Source: Actinomycetes bacterium (GTDB taxonomy: Bacteria; Actinomycetota; Acidimicrobiia; Acidimicrobiales; GCA-2861595). Taken from it: a stretch of 64,000 nt of DNA. Numbering within the stretch: position 1 is the stretch's first letter; the number at the start of each line of letters is the position of its first letter. This document shows positions 1 to 10,519 of the stretch, one piece after another. The notes below the pieces were generated by a model. The model had not been told where the DNA came from. It saw only the letters and a list, made by a program, of their open reading frames with translations, and made no database searches. Location of the stretch: positions 10,771 to 74,770 of the forward strand of contig JAHFUS010000005.1 in NCBI GenBank assembly GCA_023264975.1, in the 5' to 3' direction. The position numbers and the translations under genes were made by a program.

Positions 1-1707
1 GGCGGCTCCGACGTTGGTGCCGGGTGATTGGGTGACGGTGACGTCTGCGCCGTTGGTGAGGCGGGCGTCGATGTCGGCTTGTTGGCGGTAGGTGGCGTTG
101 AAAACCGCGGTGGATGCCGCGAAGGCCGTGGTGAGGGCCACGAGCACGAGCGCGTTGGCGAGGATCCGGCGTTGTCGTGACATGGAGGAAGCGACGGTGC
201 CTGCGAGGGGGCCGGCGACGGGACGGAGCACGCGGCGCATGATCGGTCGGCCGCGCCCGAGGATCAGGTCGGCGATCCGCCAGGCGAACAGCCCGGCTCC
301 AGTCCACAGCAGCGCCGGTCCGGCGAAGGCCCAGTAGCTGACGGAGATGGTGGGGACCCCTTCGGGGGCGAGGACGAGTTTGTAGCCGCCGCGCCCGGTG
401 AGCCAGAAGATCAGTGCGCCGGCGCCGAGAAGCAGGAGGTCGAGGCCGTAGCTGGCCCAGCGGGGAGGACCTGCCCGGCCGACGCTGCGACGCCCGGCAA
501 TGACGGTCACGCCGCGGGCGTCACGCCAGGCCGGCACGGCGATGGTGGCAGCGGCGATGAGGAACCCGACGGCGGCGGACCCGGCGGCCCAGCCGGCGGC
601 GGCGACCGTGGTGGCACCGAAGCCGAAGGTCCCGAACATGGCTTTGCCGAGCGCGAGCGCGGCGGCCAACCCGACGGTGGCGCCGATAGCGCCGACGGCC
701 GCGGCTTCGATGCCGCCCAGCCGAGTGAGCTGGCTTCCCGTGGCGCCGCGGGCCCGCAACAGCGCTTGTTCCTTACGGCGCCGGTCGACGCCTGCGCCAG
801 CCACCGCGGCGGTGAGCAGCCCGGCGAGAACGGCGCCGGGGAGGCCGAGGAAGAGGAACAGGATCTGGGCGTAGAGAGCGTCGGCTCGCGCCGCACCGAG
901 GGTGGCGGCGAGGTTGTCACCGACGGTCCCCGCGCCGGCGAGTTTCACCTCGAGGTTGCGGGCCTGGCCCGACACCTGGGAGTAGGCGGCGGAGGGGTCG
1001 GCCGGGAGGTGGTGGGCGAGCCGGGCGTGGATCTGGGTGTGGGCCAGTTCCGGCCGGTTCTGAGCGAGCGGGTCGAACAGGGCGTGCCATTGGGCGGCTG
1101 GGAGGAGGACGACGTTGTCGGGCGGCGCCTGGGGTTGCGCGCCGACGGGCGCGCCGACGGCCTGGAACAGCGAGTCGGCTTGGGGGAGGTCGACGTCGCC
1201 GTCGACGTGGACGGCAACTGCCGAAAGCCCGGCGCGGCCCACGGTGATGGTGTCACCGGGGGAGGCGTGCAGGTTGGCGGCGGTCTGTTGGGCGAGGAGG
1301 ACGCCCGTGCCGGCGCCGGCGAGGTCCCGCAGTTCCTCGGGGAACGTGTTGCGGTAGCCGTCGGGAAGGCCGAGCACGACACCGGGACCGGTCGACTGGG
1401 TGGACCCGCCGGTGGTGGCCTGTAGGCCGGAGGTGGCGGCGAAGCCGACGGGCGCCGCCGCGGTCACCCCGGGGGCGGCCTTGACGGTGTCGAGCACGAT
1501 GGTGGGGTCGGCGCCGGGCTGGGCTTGAACCTGCCAGTCGACGGCGACGTCGGCGGCGGCCCGGGCGGTCATGGTCGCCTTGGATGCGGACAGGAACGAG
1601 CCGATCGACGCGAGGAGGGCCACGGCGATGGCGACACCGCACGCGGCGGCGGCGAGGCGCCCGCGCCGGCGGGCGGTGAGCCCGCGGAGCCAGGTCAAGC
1701 TGAGCAT
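1..1707 (-). CDS. FtsX-like ABC transporter permease, C-terminus truncated by window start
   Basis: Manual minus-strand translation from ATG at 1707 (MLSLTWLRGLTARRRGRLAAAACGVAIAVALLASIGSFLSASKA...) appears open to the window edge with hydrophobic segments; overlaps the stop of the ATPase gene. Confidence 0.8.
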   Translation of the reverse strand, partial: MLSLTWLRGLTARRRGRLAAAACGVAIAVALLASIGSFLSASKATMTARAAADVAVDWQVQAQPGADPTIVLDTVKAAPGVTAAAPVGFAATSGLQATTGGSTQSTGPGVVLGLPDGYRNTFPEELRDLAGAGTGVLLAQQTAANLHASPGDTITVGRAGLSAVAVHVDGDVDLPQADSLFQAVGAPVGAQPQAPPDNVVLLPAAQWHALFDPLAQNRPELAHTQIHARLAHHLPADPSAAYSQVSGQARNLEVKLAGAGTVGDNLAATLGAARADALYAQILFLFLGLPGAVLAGLLTAAVAGAGVDRRRKEQALLRARGATGSQLTRLGGIEAAAVGAIGATVGLAAALALGKAMFGTFGFGATTVAAAGWAAGSAAVGFLIAAATIAVPAWRDARGVTVIAGRRSVGRAGPPRWASYGLDLLLLGAGALIFWLTGRGGYKLVLAPEGVPTISVSYWAFAGPALLWTGAGLFAWRIADLILGRGRPIMRRVLRPVAGPLAGTVASSMSRQRRILANALVLVALTTAFAASTAVFNATYRQQADIDARLTNGADVTVTQSPGTNVGAA

Positions 1708-2405
1708 GTGAGGCCCCTTTCGCGCGGGTCGCGCGGGGTGACGAAGCCGCCGTCGGCCATGACCCAACCGGAGTTGAGGCGGGCGGCGACAAGGGGGTCA
1801 TGGGTGGTGAGGACCAGCGCGGCGCCGAGGTCGGTGGCCGAGCGGATCAGGGCGTCGACGATCAGGGCGCCGGCGGCGTGGTCGAGTTGGCCGGTGGGTT
1901 CATCGGCCAGGATGAGCCGGGGTCGGCCGGCGAGGACGCGGGCGACTGCGACTCGTTGGGCTTGCCCGCCGGAGAGCTCCTCGGGAAGCTTGGTTGCCAA
2001 CGCCGAGAGGTGCAGCCGGTCGAGCGCGGCGGCAGCCGCCGCGGTGGCGGCGGCTTCGCTGGTGCCGCCGAGGAGCAGCGGCAGGGCGACGTTCTCGAGC
2101 ACATCGAGGGGCGGGAGCAGGCTCGGGCCTTGGAACACAACGCCGACGGGGCCGGGGCGCAGCGCGTCCCGGTCACCGAGGGCGGGCCAGGACACGCTCC
2201 CGGCGGTGGGTTCGTCGAGCCCGGCGAGCAGGTGCAGCAGGGTCGACTTTCCGGACCCGGACGGCCCGGTGATGGCGACCTGTTGAGCGGCGAGGATCTC
2301 GCAGGTGATGTCGTGCACGGCGACGACGGCGCCGAATCCGGAGCCGAACGTTCGGGCGACGCCGTCGCAGCGGACCAACACCCGGCCGTTCTCGCTTGCG
2401 GTCAT
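1695..2405 (-). CDS. ABC transporter ATP-binding protein
   Basis: Walker A GPSGSGKST, LSGGQ signature, Walker B LILADEPTG; 236 aa. Confidence 0.93.
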   Translation of the reverse strand: MTASENGRVLVRCDGVARTFGSGFGAVVAVHDITCEILAAQQVAITGPSGSGKSTLLHLLAGLDEPTAGSVSWPALGDRDALRPGPVGVVFQGPSLLPPLDVLENVALPLLLGGTSEAAATAAAAAALDRLHLSALATKLPEELSGGQAQRVAVARVLAGRPRLILADEPTGQLDHAAGALIVDALIRSATDLGAALVLTTHDPLVAARLNSGWVMADGGFVTPRDPRERGLTCSA

Positions 2406-3064
2406 TGGGTCACCGCGCCGTCGGTGAGCTCGACGGTGCGGTCGGTGGCGGCGGCCACACCGCGACTGTGGGTGACGATGACGACCGCGGCGCCGGCGTC
2501 GGCTCGGCGGCGGAGCAGGGCGAGCACCTGGTGCTCGGTCGCAGCGTCGACCTCGCCGGTCGGTTCGTCGGCGAGCAGTACGGCGGGGTTGTTGGCCAGC
2601 GCGACGGCGAGCCCGGCTCGGGCCGCTTCACCGCCGGACAGCTGCGAGGGGTGGGCGTGGCGCCGTCGGCTGATTCCGAGGTCGTCGAGCAGGCCGGCGC
2701 GACGTCCGGCGTCGCGGGTGCCGGCCAACGCCTGGGCGAGGGCGAGGTTCTGGTCGACTGTGAGGTGTTCGAGAAGGTTGGCGGACTGGAACAGCATCCC
2801 GATGTGGCGGGCCCGCAACGCGGCCCGTTCAGGTTCGGGACGCCGCGAGACGGCGTGGCCGGCGACGTGGACCATTCCGCCGTCGGGCTCGTCGAGGCCG
2901 GCGAGGCAGGCGAGGAGGGTCGACTTGCCTGACCCGGACGGCCCGGTGACCGCCACCATCTCGCCGCTGTCGACGCTGATCGACACCCCCCGCAACGCCA
3001 GCGTCTCCTCGTCGCCGGCATGGAAGAACCGGTAGAGGTCCTGTGCCTCGAGCGCGGCGGTCAT
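2402..3064 (-). CDS. ABC transporter ATP-binding protein (second ATPase)
   Basis: In frame of the 2402..3646 ORF; likely start MTAALEAQDLYRFFHAGDEETLALRG; GPSGSGKST, LSGGEAARAGLA, VLLADEPTG. Confidence 0.9.
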   Translation of the reverse strand: MTAALEAQDLYRFFHAGDEETLALRGVSISVDSGEMVAVTGPSGSGKSTLLACLAGLDEPDGGMVHVAGHAVSRRPEPERAALRARHIGMLFQSANLLEHLTVDQNLALAQALAGTRDAGRRAGLLDDLGISRRRHAHPSQLSGGEAARAGLAVALANNPAVLLADEPTGEVDAATEHQVLALLRRRADAGAAVVIVTHSRGVAAATDRTVELTDGAVTQ

Positions 3065-3705
3065 GCCTGCCATCCGAAGGAGTCGGTGACGATCCGCCAT
3101 GGGTCGACGTTGTCGGCGCCCTGAGGACCCGACAGGGTGAGGATGACCTCGGTGCCTGACTTCCAGAACTCGTAGCGTTCGACGGCGTCGTGCACGACCT
3201 TGCCGGTCACCGGGTCCGGTGCGCTGTCGGCCCGGTAGGTGAGCAGCACCGCGGGGCCGGCTTTTCGGGTGACGGCACTGACCTTGCCGGCCTGGAAGTT
3301 CTTGGCCGCGGCGCGGATGGCCGGCAGCTCGGTCTGCTCGGCGGACGGCACCGTCGGCGCGCTGGATGCCGGCACCGACTCCATGAGAACGCGGTTGAGC
3401 TTGTCGGTGAAGGTGACCGCGCCGCCGGCCTCGGTGCGGGCCCAGCCTTCGGGGACCTTTACGCTGAACCCGCCCGCCGGCGGCGTGTAGGCGACGAACA
3501 CCTGGTTGTCGCGGATGTCTCCGGCCGGATTGACCTCTGCTGCGTTCGGGTCGACGCCGGGTCCCTTCGTGTTCGACGGTGCCGTGGCCGTCGTCGATCC
3601 CTTCGAGGTCGCTGCCGGGCCGCTCGACGAGCCTCCGCCGCCGCACGCGGCGGCGGTCAAGGTCAGAGCGATCGAGCCGGAGACGATCAGAACGGTGCGC
3701 TTCAT
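3061..3705 (-). CDS. putative secreted lipoprotein
   Basis: MKRTVLIVSGSIALTLTAAACGGGG signal peptide plus lipobox (TAAAC); next to the ABC genes. Confidence 0.75.
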   Translation of the reverse strand: MKRTVLIVSGSIALTLTAAACGGGGSSSGPAATSKGSTTATAPSNTKGPGVDPNAAEVNPAGDIRDNQVFVAYTPPAGGFSVKVPEGWARTEAGGAVTFTDKLNRVLMESVPASSAPTVPSAEQTELPAIRAAAKNFQAGKVSAVTRKAGPAVLLTYRADSAPDPVTGKVVHDAVERYEFWKSGTEVILTLSGPQGADNVDPWRIVTDSFGWQA

Positions 3706-3849
3706 GAGGTGCTCCTCGGGTTGCGATGACCTGACCGTACGAGTCAAGGCGTCACCGGCCGCTGCGGTGAAGGTCAACGCCACCTGAACTCTCGGGCCCA
3801 CCCGCGTGTTCGAGGCTCCCGCCGTCGGGGCGCCTCCTACGCTGGGCCG

Positions 3850-4532
<683 letters not shown>

Positions 4533-4536
<4 letters not shown>

Positions 4537-5894
4537 CCCGCCGCATCCTGTCCGCCATCGTGCTCGTCGCCGGGCTGGTCATCGTCGGCTTCGGTGTCCC
4601 GCTCGGCGCCGCCGTCCAGGACCTCTACCGCGAGGAAGCCATGGCCCAGCTCGTCCGCGAGGCCGCCCGCGCCGGTGCCGGCGTCCCTTCCTCCATCGAT
4701 CCCAGCGACCCGATCGAGCTTCCCCGCTCGCCGCACGGCATCGATCTTGCCGTCTACACCCCCGACGGTCGACGCCTCACCGGCACCGGTCCGCTCCAGG
4801 GCGGCGAGGAGGTCGCGCTCGCCGCCGCCGGCCGGATCGCCGAATCCGAAGGTGACCCGTTCGTCGTCGCCGCACCCCTCAGCAGTGCCGAGCACGTCGT
4901 CGCCGTGGTCCGCGCCGAACTTCCGGCCTCCACCGTCGCCAACCGGGTCGACCGTGCCTGGCTGCTCATGACCGCCCTCGCCGCCGGCCTGCTCCTGTTG
5001 GCCGCCATCGTCGGGCGAGCGCTCTCCGCCCGCATCGCCAAACCGGTCGCCGAGCTCGCGTCGGCATCGGCCCGGCTCGGCCACGGTGACTTCACCGTCC
5101 GTCCCGCCAAATCCGGCATCCCTGAGCTGGACGACGCGGCCGAGAACCTGGGCCTCACCGCCGAACGACTGGGACGTCTCCTTGACCGTGAACGCGCCTT
5201 CAGTGCCGACGCGTCCCACCAGCTCCGCACCCCGCTCACCGGGCTCCGCCTTCACCTCGAGACCGCGCTCGCCAACCCATCGGTGGATCCGCGAGCGACG
5301 ATTAACGTCGTGCTCGGCGAGGTCGACCGCCTGGAGGCCACCATCGAGGATCTCCTTGCCCTCGCCCGAGAAGCGCAGACCAGCCGCGGACCCCTCGACA
5401 TCCACGGCGTCATCGACGCCGCCGAACAGGCCTGGCACGGCGCCCTGGCCGCGCAGGGCCGCCCGTTGCGCATCGAGATCGCCGACCCGCTCACCGCCCA
5501 CGCGTCGGGCGCAGCCGTCTCCCAAATCCTCGATGTGTTGCTCGCCAACGCGGCCGAGCACGGCACCGGCGTCGTCCAGATCCGCGCCTCCCGCGTCGGC
5601 GAGGGAGTCGTCATCGACGTGTCCGACGACGGGCCCGGGCCCGAAGGCGATCCCGACGCGATCTTCCAACGCCGCTCCGGGGCGGGCCACGGCATCGGCC
5701 TCTCGCTGGCGCGGTCCCTCGCCCACGCCGAGGGCGGGCGGCTCCTGCTCGCCCACCCCGGATCCCCCACGACGTTCCGTCTCGTGCTGCTCGACACCGA
5801 CCCCGCCGAACCCGCTCCCCGAAACCCGCAGCCGAAGGTGATGCTCGCGGGAGTCGATCAGCGCCGTCAGGCGAGCAGCTCGCCGGGAGTCTGA
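4533..5894 (+). CDS. sensor histidine kinase
   Basis: TM/HAMP, FSADASHQLRTPLTGLRLHLE H-box, DVSDDGPGPE and GIGLSLARSLAHAEGG; 4-nt overlap with the response regulator. Confidence 0.94.
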
Positions 5895-5976
5895 TACACC
5901 GAACGTCCCCATTCGCCTCTCGCCTCTCGCCGGCGTTGGGCCGACTGCTCGTTCGGCTCGGCAGGACGGCGTGGGA

Positions 5977-7320
5977 TCAACGAGCCCGTGGGGCGATCCC
6001 GGGAAGAGGCCGGTGCGCTGCCCTCCAGGCCCGCACCAGATGGTCGGGGCGCGCCATCAGCTCGGGCCGGGCCTGGAGGTTGAGGACGCGCAGGAACAGC
6101 CGGTGCACGTCGGCGTCGCGCAGGGTCGCCCGGGTGTAGAGGTCATTGAGGCGGTGCGTCATCCACAAGCCCTTCGGACGGTCGCCGGTGACGTGGCTCA
6201 GCCGGAAGTCGGCCGTGGTTGACAACGTCCAGACGGAGTCCACAACAGAACTCAGCCGCCGGAAGTAGCTCATGGCCGGCTCGAGGACGGTCGCGCCGGA
6301 GGCGAGGTAGGCGCCGATCTCGGCCGCGTGGAGCGCGGCCGATGTCATCCCCTGGCCGTAGATGGGGTTGAACGAGGCGACGGCGTCCCCGGCCGCGAGG
6401 AAGCCAGCGGGGAGGCGCTTGCAGCGGTGGTAGTCCCGCCGCACGCTCGCCGCGTAGCGGAAGGTGACCACGTCGGTCAGGGCATCGTCGCGATCGGCGA
6501 ACTGGCGCAGGGCGACGGCGGGATCCGCAGCGAGCCGGGACGAGAAGTCGTCGGGGTCCAGGGTGGGCCGGTCGTCGTGGTAGCCACCTACCGTCACGAT
6601 CCACCGGCCGGCCTCGACCGCAAAGGCCACCGACCCCCGGAACCGGTCGGGTTCCTCGGTTATCGAGAGGATGCCTCGGGCTCCGTCGAGCCGGTCATCG
6701 GGCTGGCGGGGGAACAGACGCGTCGCGTACCCCAGCTCGACGTTCACGGACCGGCGGGGCGGCGCCTCGTAGCCCAACGCGCCCAGCCAGGCGTCGGCGC
6801 GACTGGTACGCCCGGAGCAGTCGACGACAAGGTCGCCGCGCAGACGCTCGCCCTCGGTCGCTCCGGCCGAGCCCTCGAGGACGGCACCGTCGACCTTGCC
6901 GCCGGTGGCGGTGAGGTGGTCCACCCGACCACGGACCGCCGTGACGTTGGGGAGGGCGGTCAGCCGGCGCCGAAGGTGGGCCTCGAGGAAGGGCCGGGTG
7001 CTGGCGATGCCGTTGCCGATCTCGGCGGGAGGCTTGCGTGCGCCCCCGACGTACCAGTGGAGGTCGACGCCGGGGTCGGCGATCTCGCCGCCGTCCGCGG
7101 CCAACTCGGCGGTGATCCCAGGGAACAGCCGCTCGATCTCTTCGAGGCCCCGGGCAAGGAGCCCGTGGACGTGCCTTCCCTGCGGCACGCCCTTCCGTTC
7201 GGCAGGGCCGCCGGCCAGCTCGTCCCGGTCGACGACCATCACCTCTTCGGCGTGGTCCGCGAGGACTCGCGCGGCGAGGAGCCCGGCGACGCTTCCGCCG
7301 AGCACCAGTGCGCGTTCCAC
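5977..7320 (-). CDS. FAD-dependent oxidoreductase/monooxygenase-like protein
   Basis: N-terminal MERALVLGGSVAGLLAARVLADHAEEVMVVDRD Rossmann motif; late FLAAGDAVASFNPIYGQGMTSAALHA FAD motif. Confidence 0.85.
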   Translation of the reverse strand: MERALVLGGSVAGLLAARVLADHAEEVMVVDRDELAGGPAERKGVPQGRHVHGLLARGLEEIERLFPGITAELAADGGEIADPGVDLHWYVGGARKPPAEIGNGIASTRPFLEAHLRRRLTALPNVTAVRGRVDHLTATGGKVDGAVLEGSAGATEGERLRGDLVVDCSGRTSRADAWLGALGYEAPPRRSVNVELGYATRLFPRQPDDRLDGARGILSITEEPDRFRGSVAFAVEAGRWIVTVGGYHDDRPTLDPDDFSSRLAADPAVALRQFADRDDALTDVVTFRYAASVRRDYHRCKRLPAGFLAAGDAVASFNPIYGQGMTSAALHAAEIGAYLASGATVLEPAMSYFRRLSSVVDSVWTLSTTADFRLSHVTGDRPKGLWMTHRLNDLYTRATLRDADVHRLFLRVLNLQARPELMARPDHLVRAWRAAHRPLPGIAPRAR

Positions 7321-7383
7321 ATCGGCATGGCTACCAGAACGAAAACGGCAAGACCACCGGCGCGACGGGCGCGTGCGGTGTGC

Positions 7384-10152
7384 CTACACGTCGCCCTTCG
7401 TGAGCCGGACTGTGGCGATGGCCCAGGGGGCCAGGGCGAACGAGCCGTCGAACGCGGCAACAGGGCGTCCCCGAAGGTCGACCAGCCAACCGGTACGGCC
7501 GTCGATCCGGACCGTCACAGGCAACGCAGTCGGGTTGAACACCCGCACCTCCAAGGCCCCGGCGACGCGCTGGAGGGCGGACACCTCGGCGCCCTCGACG
7601 GTGAGGGCCCGGCCCGACGGCGGCCGGTTCCCGCCCCCGTCGGCATGCACGACCGGCAGCGGCAGGAAGGCGTCGTCGGCCAGGGCGTAGGCGTCGGCGT
7701 CGCCTACGTGGACGGCGTACCGGGCCTCCACCGGCCCGAGCATCTGCGGGCCGTCGAGCCGATCGGGCGGGCCGGCGGGAAGCGGCCGGGTCAGCATCTC
7801 GACGCGCGAGAGCATGCCGGTGGCCCGCAGGAGGGTGACGGCAAGGGTGGCGGCGGTGTCGTCCTCCACGTCCACCAGCTCGTACTCGAGCAGGCCCTCG
7901 TGGACGACGGTGAGGCCGCCCGCCTGCACGAACCGGCGGGACGGGAAGGTGGGCAGCGGCTCCTCGGTGGGGCCGCCCTCCGCCTCGAGACCCCGCTCCA
8001 CCACGGCGAAGGCGCACTCGGCCCGGCTGACGGTCGCCGGTCCCGGGAGCGGGAAGTGGGCCCGCAGGCGGTGGTCCCGGCTCGGGTTGTCGAATGTCGT
8101 ATGCACGCGCACGAGCCGCTCGCCGGCCCGCACCTCGAGGACGGTGGTGACCTCGACCGTCCGCTCGCCTATGCGCGTTCGCTCCTCGTCGTCGATGCCC
8201 TCGTGCCACGTGAAGGTCCGCCGCACACGCAGGCGGCCCCGAAGGGGACCGGTCTCGACGGCGTCGGTGACCACCGCGTCCGGCGTGTCGACCACCGTGT
8301 CGAACTCGGGCGGCGACCAGTTGTAGGTGTCGCCGTGGTCGCCGCCGTCGACCAGCCGGTCGAAGCCGGCCAGCCCATCGACGGAGAACGTGCCGTCCTC
8401 GGCGTCGACCTCGATGCGCACCAGGCCGTTGTCGAGGACGTTGTCACCCTCGGCCCGCACCGGCTCGGCGGTGCTCGCCGCCGGGGTCCAGGCCGCCCAT
8501 CCGTACCCGGGCACGTCGTCGACCCGGGCCAGCACCCGCCGCGACGGCGGTTGGCTGATGCGCACCCGCACGTCCATGTCGGGCCGGGCGCCGGCCCGCG
8601 CGTAGAGGTCCCGCTTCACCTGCTCGACCAGGAACTCCGTGCGCAGGCGGGCGTCGGCGTGCAGGACGATGTCGAGACCGTCGTCGGTCTCGACCACGTC
8701 GACGGCGTTCACGTAGGTGGTGGCGTCGAGCTGCTGGCTGCGGATCTGGGCCAGGATCCCGCCCAGGTCCCGGGCCTTCACGGTGCGGTCGGCCAGCGCC
8801 GGCGGGCGGTCGTCCAGCACCTGCGTGCCGGGCAGGCGCCCCTCCCCCGCGACTGTGATCTCCACCAGGCCGCTGCGGGCCCGGGCGCTCGGGTTGACCA
8901 CCACCGGGCCGGGCTCGGCCATGGACGACGCCAGGGCGGCGAGAGCCCGGTCGGCCAGGCCGTCGGCGATCTGGCGGGCCTCGGCGAAGCGGTGGAGGAC
9001 GGCGGCGCCCACCTCGTCGGCCGAGCAGGCGCAGATGGAGTCGTGGGCCGAGTTACGGATGACCTCCTTCCACGCCAGCGCCAGCAGCCGGTCGGGCCAC
9101 CGGGCGGGCTCGACGAACAGGGCGCACAGCGGCTCGGCCATGCGCTCCAGGGCCCGCTCGGTCCGGGCCGCCGCCTGCTTCACGTCGACCCGGTTCGACG
9201 CCACGCCCATGAGCAGGTTGGCCCGGGCGCCCGAGCGCAGCTCGCCGGTCCACACCGGCAGCCCGCCGGTGGGAGCGGTGGCCAGGTACTCGGCCAGCGA
9301 CGTCACTTCGAGGCGGTACTCGTCCTGGAGGTCGTTGGCCTCGGCCACCACCCTGCCGAGCCACGGTTGCGGCACCTGGTGGTCGGTGCCGTTCATGAAC
9401 AGCAGGCCGTCGAGGAGGAACGGCTCGACCTCGGCCTCGTGGGAGGCGATGCGGGCGACGAGCGCCTTGGCGTCGTCGGGGATGGCGGCGCCGTTGCCGT
9501 AGCCCCTCAACAGGTACTCGGCTCGCACGGTCGACCCGTCCGGCGCCGACCAACGGAATGCCGACCGGTCGACGGCGCCGGGCACGCCCCGCCACACGAC
9601 TGCGTGCTCGAGCCCGGCCTGGCGCAGGAGCTGGGGCATCTGGGCGATGTGGCCGAACATGTCGGGGAGATAGCCGACCTGGGCCGCTCCGCCGAACGCC
9701 GCCGCCCGCTCCATGCCGAGCTGGAGGTTGCGCACGATGGTCTCGCCCGACACGGCGAACTCGTCCATGAGGACGTACCACGGCCCCATGGCCACCCGGC
9801 CGCCGGCGCCCAGGCGCCGCAGCGTCGCCTCCGCCTCGGGGCGTACCTCGAGGTAGTCGTCCACCACCGCCATCTGCCCGTCGAGCAGGAACCGGGCGTA
9901 CCCGAGGTCGGCCTCCAGCATGGGTAGGAATTCGTCGAGGAGGTCGACCAGGCGGAGGCGGAACGACTGGAACGGGGCGTACCACTCACGGTCCCAGTGG
10001 GTGTGGGGGACGATGGCGACGGTGCGCGGCCGGCGGAGCGTTGGCTGGGTCTCGGGCGTGATGCCAGGGTAGAACGTACAGGTGGGGACTAGAGATGGGA
10101 ACCGACTTTCCGGACGGCGGTCGGCGGGAGGAGCTGGTCGATGGACGGGCAC
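7384..10152 (-). CDS. GH38-type alpha-mannosidase
   Basis: VPHTHWDREWYAPFQSFRLRLVDLLD, GYLPDMFGHIAQMPQLLRQAG, LFMNGTDHQ motifs. Start uncertain: homology begins about 10020, nearest in-frame GTG seen is 10152, overlapping cutA. Confidence 0.85.
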   Translation of the reverse strand: MPVHRPAPPADRRPESRFPSLVPTCTFYPGITPETQPTLRRPRTVAIVPHTHWDREWYAPFQSFRLRLVDLLDEFLPMLEADLGYARFLLDGQMAVVDDYLEVRPEAEATLRRLGAGGRVAMGPWYVLMDEFAVSGETIVRNLQLGMERAAAFGGAAQVGYLPDMFGHIAQMPQLLRQAGLEHAVVWRGVPGAVDRSAFRWSAPDGSTVRAEYLLRGYGNGAAIPDDAKALVARIASHEAEVEPFLLDGLLFMNGTDHQVPQPWLGRVVAEANDLQDEYRLEVTSLAEYLATAPTGGLPVWTGELRSGARANLLMGVASNRVDVKQAAARTERALERMAEPLCALFVEPARWPDRLLALAWKEVIRNSAHDSICACSADEVGAAVLHRFAEARQIADGLADRALAALASSMAEPGPVVVNPSARARSGLVEITVAGEGRLPGTQVLDDRPPALADRTVKARDLGGILAQIRSQQLDATTYVNAVDVVETDDGLDIVLHADARLRTEFLVEQVKRDLYARAGARPDMDVRVRISQPPSRRVLARVDDVPGYGWAAWTPAASTAEPVRAEGDNVLDNGLVRIEVDAEDGTFSVDGLAGFDRLVDGGDHGDTYNWSPPEFDTVVDTPDAVVTDAVETGPLRGRLRVRRTFTWHEGIDDEERTRIGERTVEVTTVLEVRAGERLVRVHTTFDNPSRDHRLRAHFPLPGPATVSRAECAFAVVERGLEAEGGPTEEPLPTFPSRRFVQAGGLTVVHEGLLEYELVDVEDDTAATLAVTLLRATGMLSRVEMLTRPLPAGPPDRLDGPQMLGPVEARYAVHVGDADAYALADDAFLPLPVVHADGGGNRPPSGRALTVEGAEVSALQRVAGALEVRVFNPTALPVTVRIDGRTGWLVDLRGRPVAAFDGSFALAPWAIATVRLTKGDV

Positions 10153-10491
10153 GTACAGGTGCTGACGACGGCCGGCAGCCCCGAGGAGGCGGACGCCATC
10201 GCCGCCGCCCTGCTCGACGCCCGGCTGGCCGCGTGCGTGCAGGTGGTGGGGCCGGTGCGTAGCCGGTATCGCTGGCAGGGTCGGGTGGAGTCGGCCGAGG
10301 AGTGGCTCTGCGTGGTGAAGACCACGGCGGCGGCGGCGGGCGCGGCCATGACCGAGATCGCCCGGGTCCACAGCTACGAAACGCCGGAGATCACTGTGAC
10401 GCCCATCGTGGCCGGCGCTGCGTCGTACCTGGCGTGGATCGACGGGGAGGTCGGCGCCGGCGCCGGCGCACCGGGGCCGTCCGGCCCATAA
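10141..10491 (+). CDS. cutA: divalent-cation tolerance protein CutA
   Basis: MDGHVQVLTTAGSPEEADAIAAALLDARLAACVQVVGPVRSRYRWQG...HSYETPEITVTPI. Confidence 0.93.
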   Translation: MDGHVQVLTTAGSPEEADAIAAALLDARLAACVQVVGPVRSRYRWQGRVESAEEWLCVVKTTAAAAGAAMTEIARVHSYETPEITVTPIVAGAASYLAWIDGEVGAGAGAPGPSGP

Positions 10492-10519
10492 CGGCGGGAC
10501 CGGCCGTACGCTTGCATGC

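Noticed and set aside
6328-9927. 1199-aa plus-strand ORF
   Set aside because: Antisense to the FAD oxidoreductase and alpha-mannosidase genes; composition (poly His/Arg/Gly/Val) is typical of a high-GC shadow ORF.
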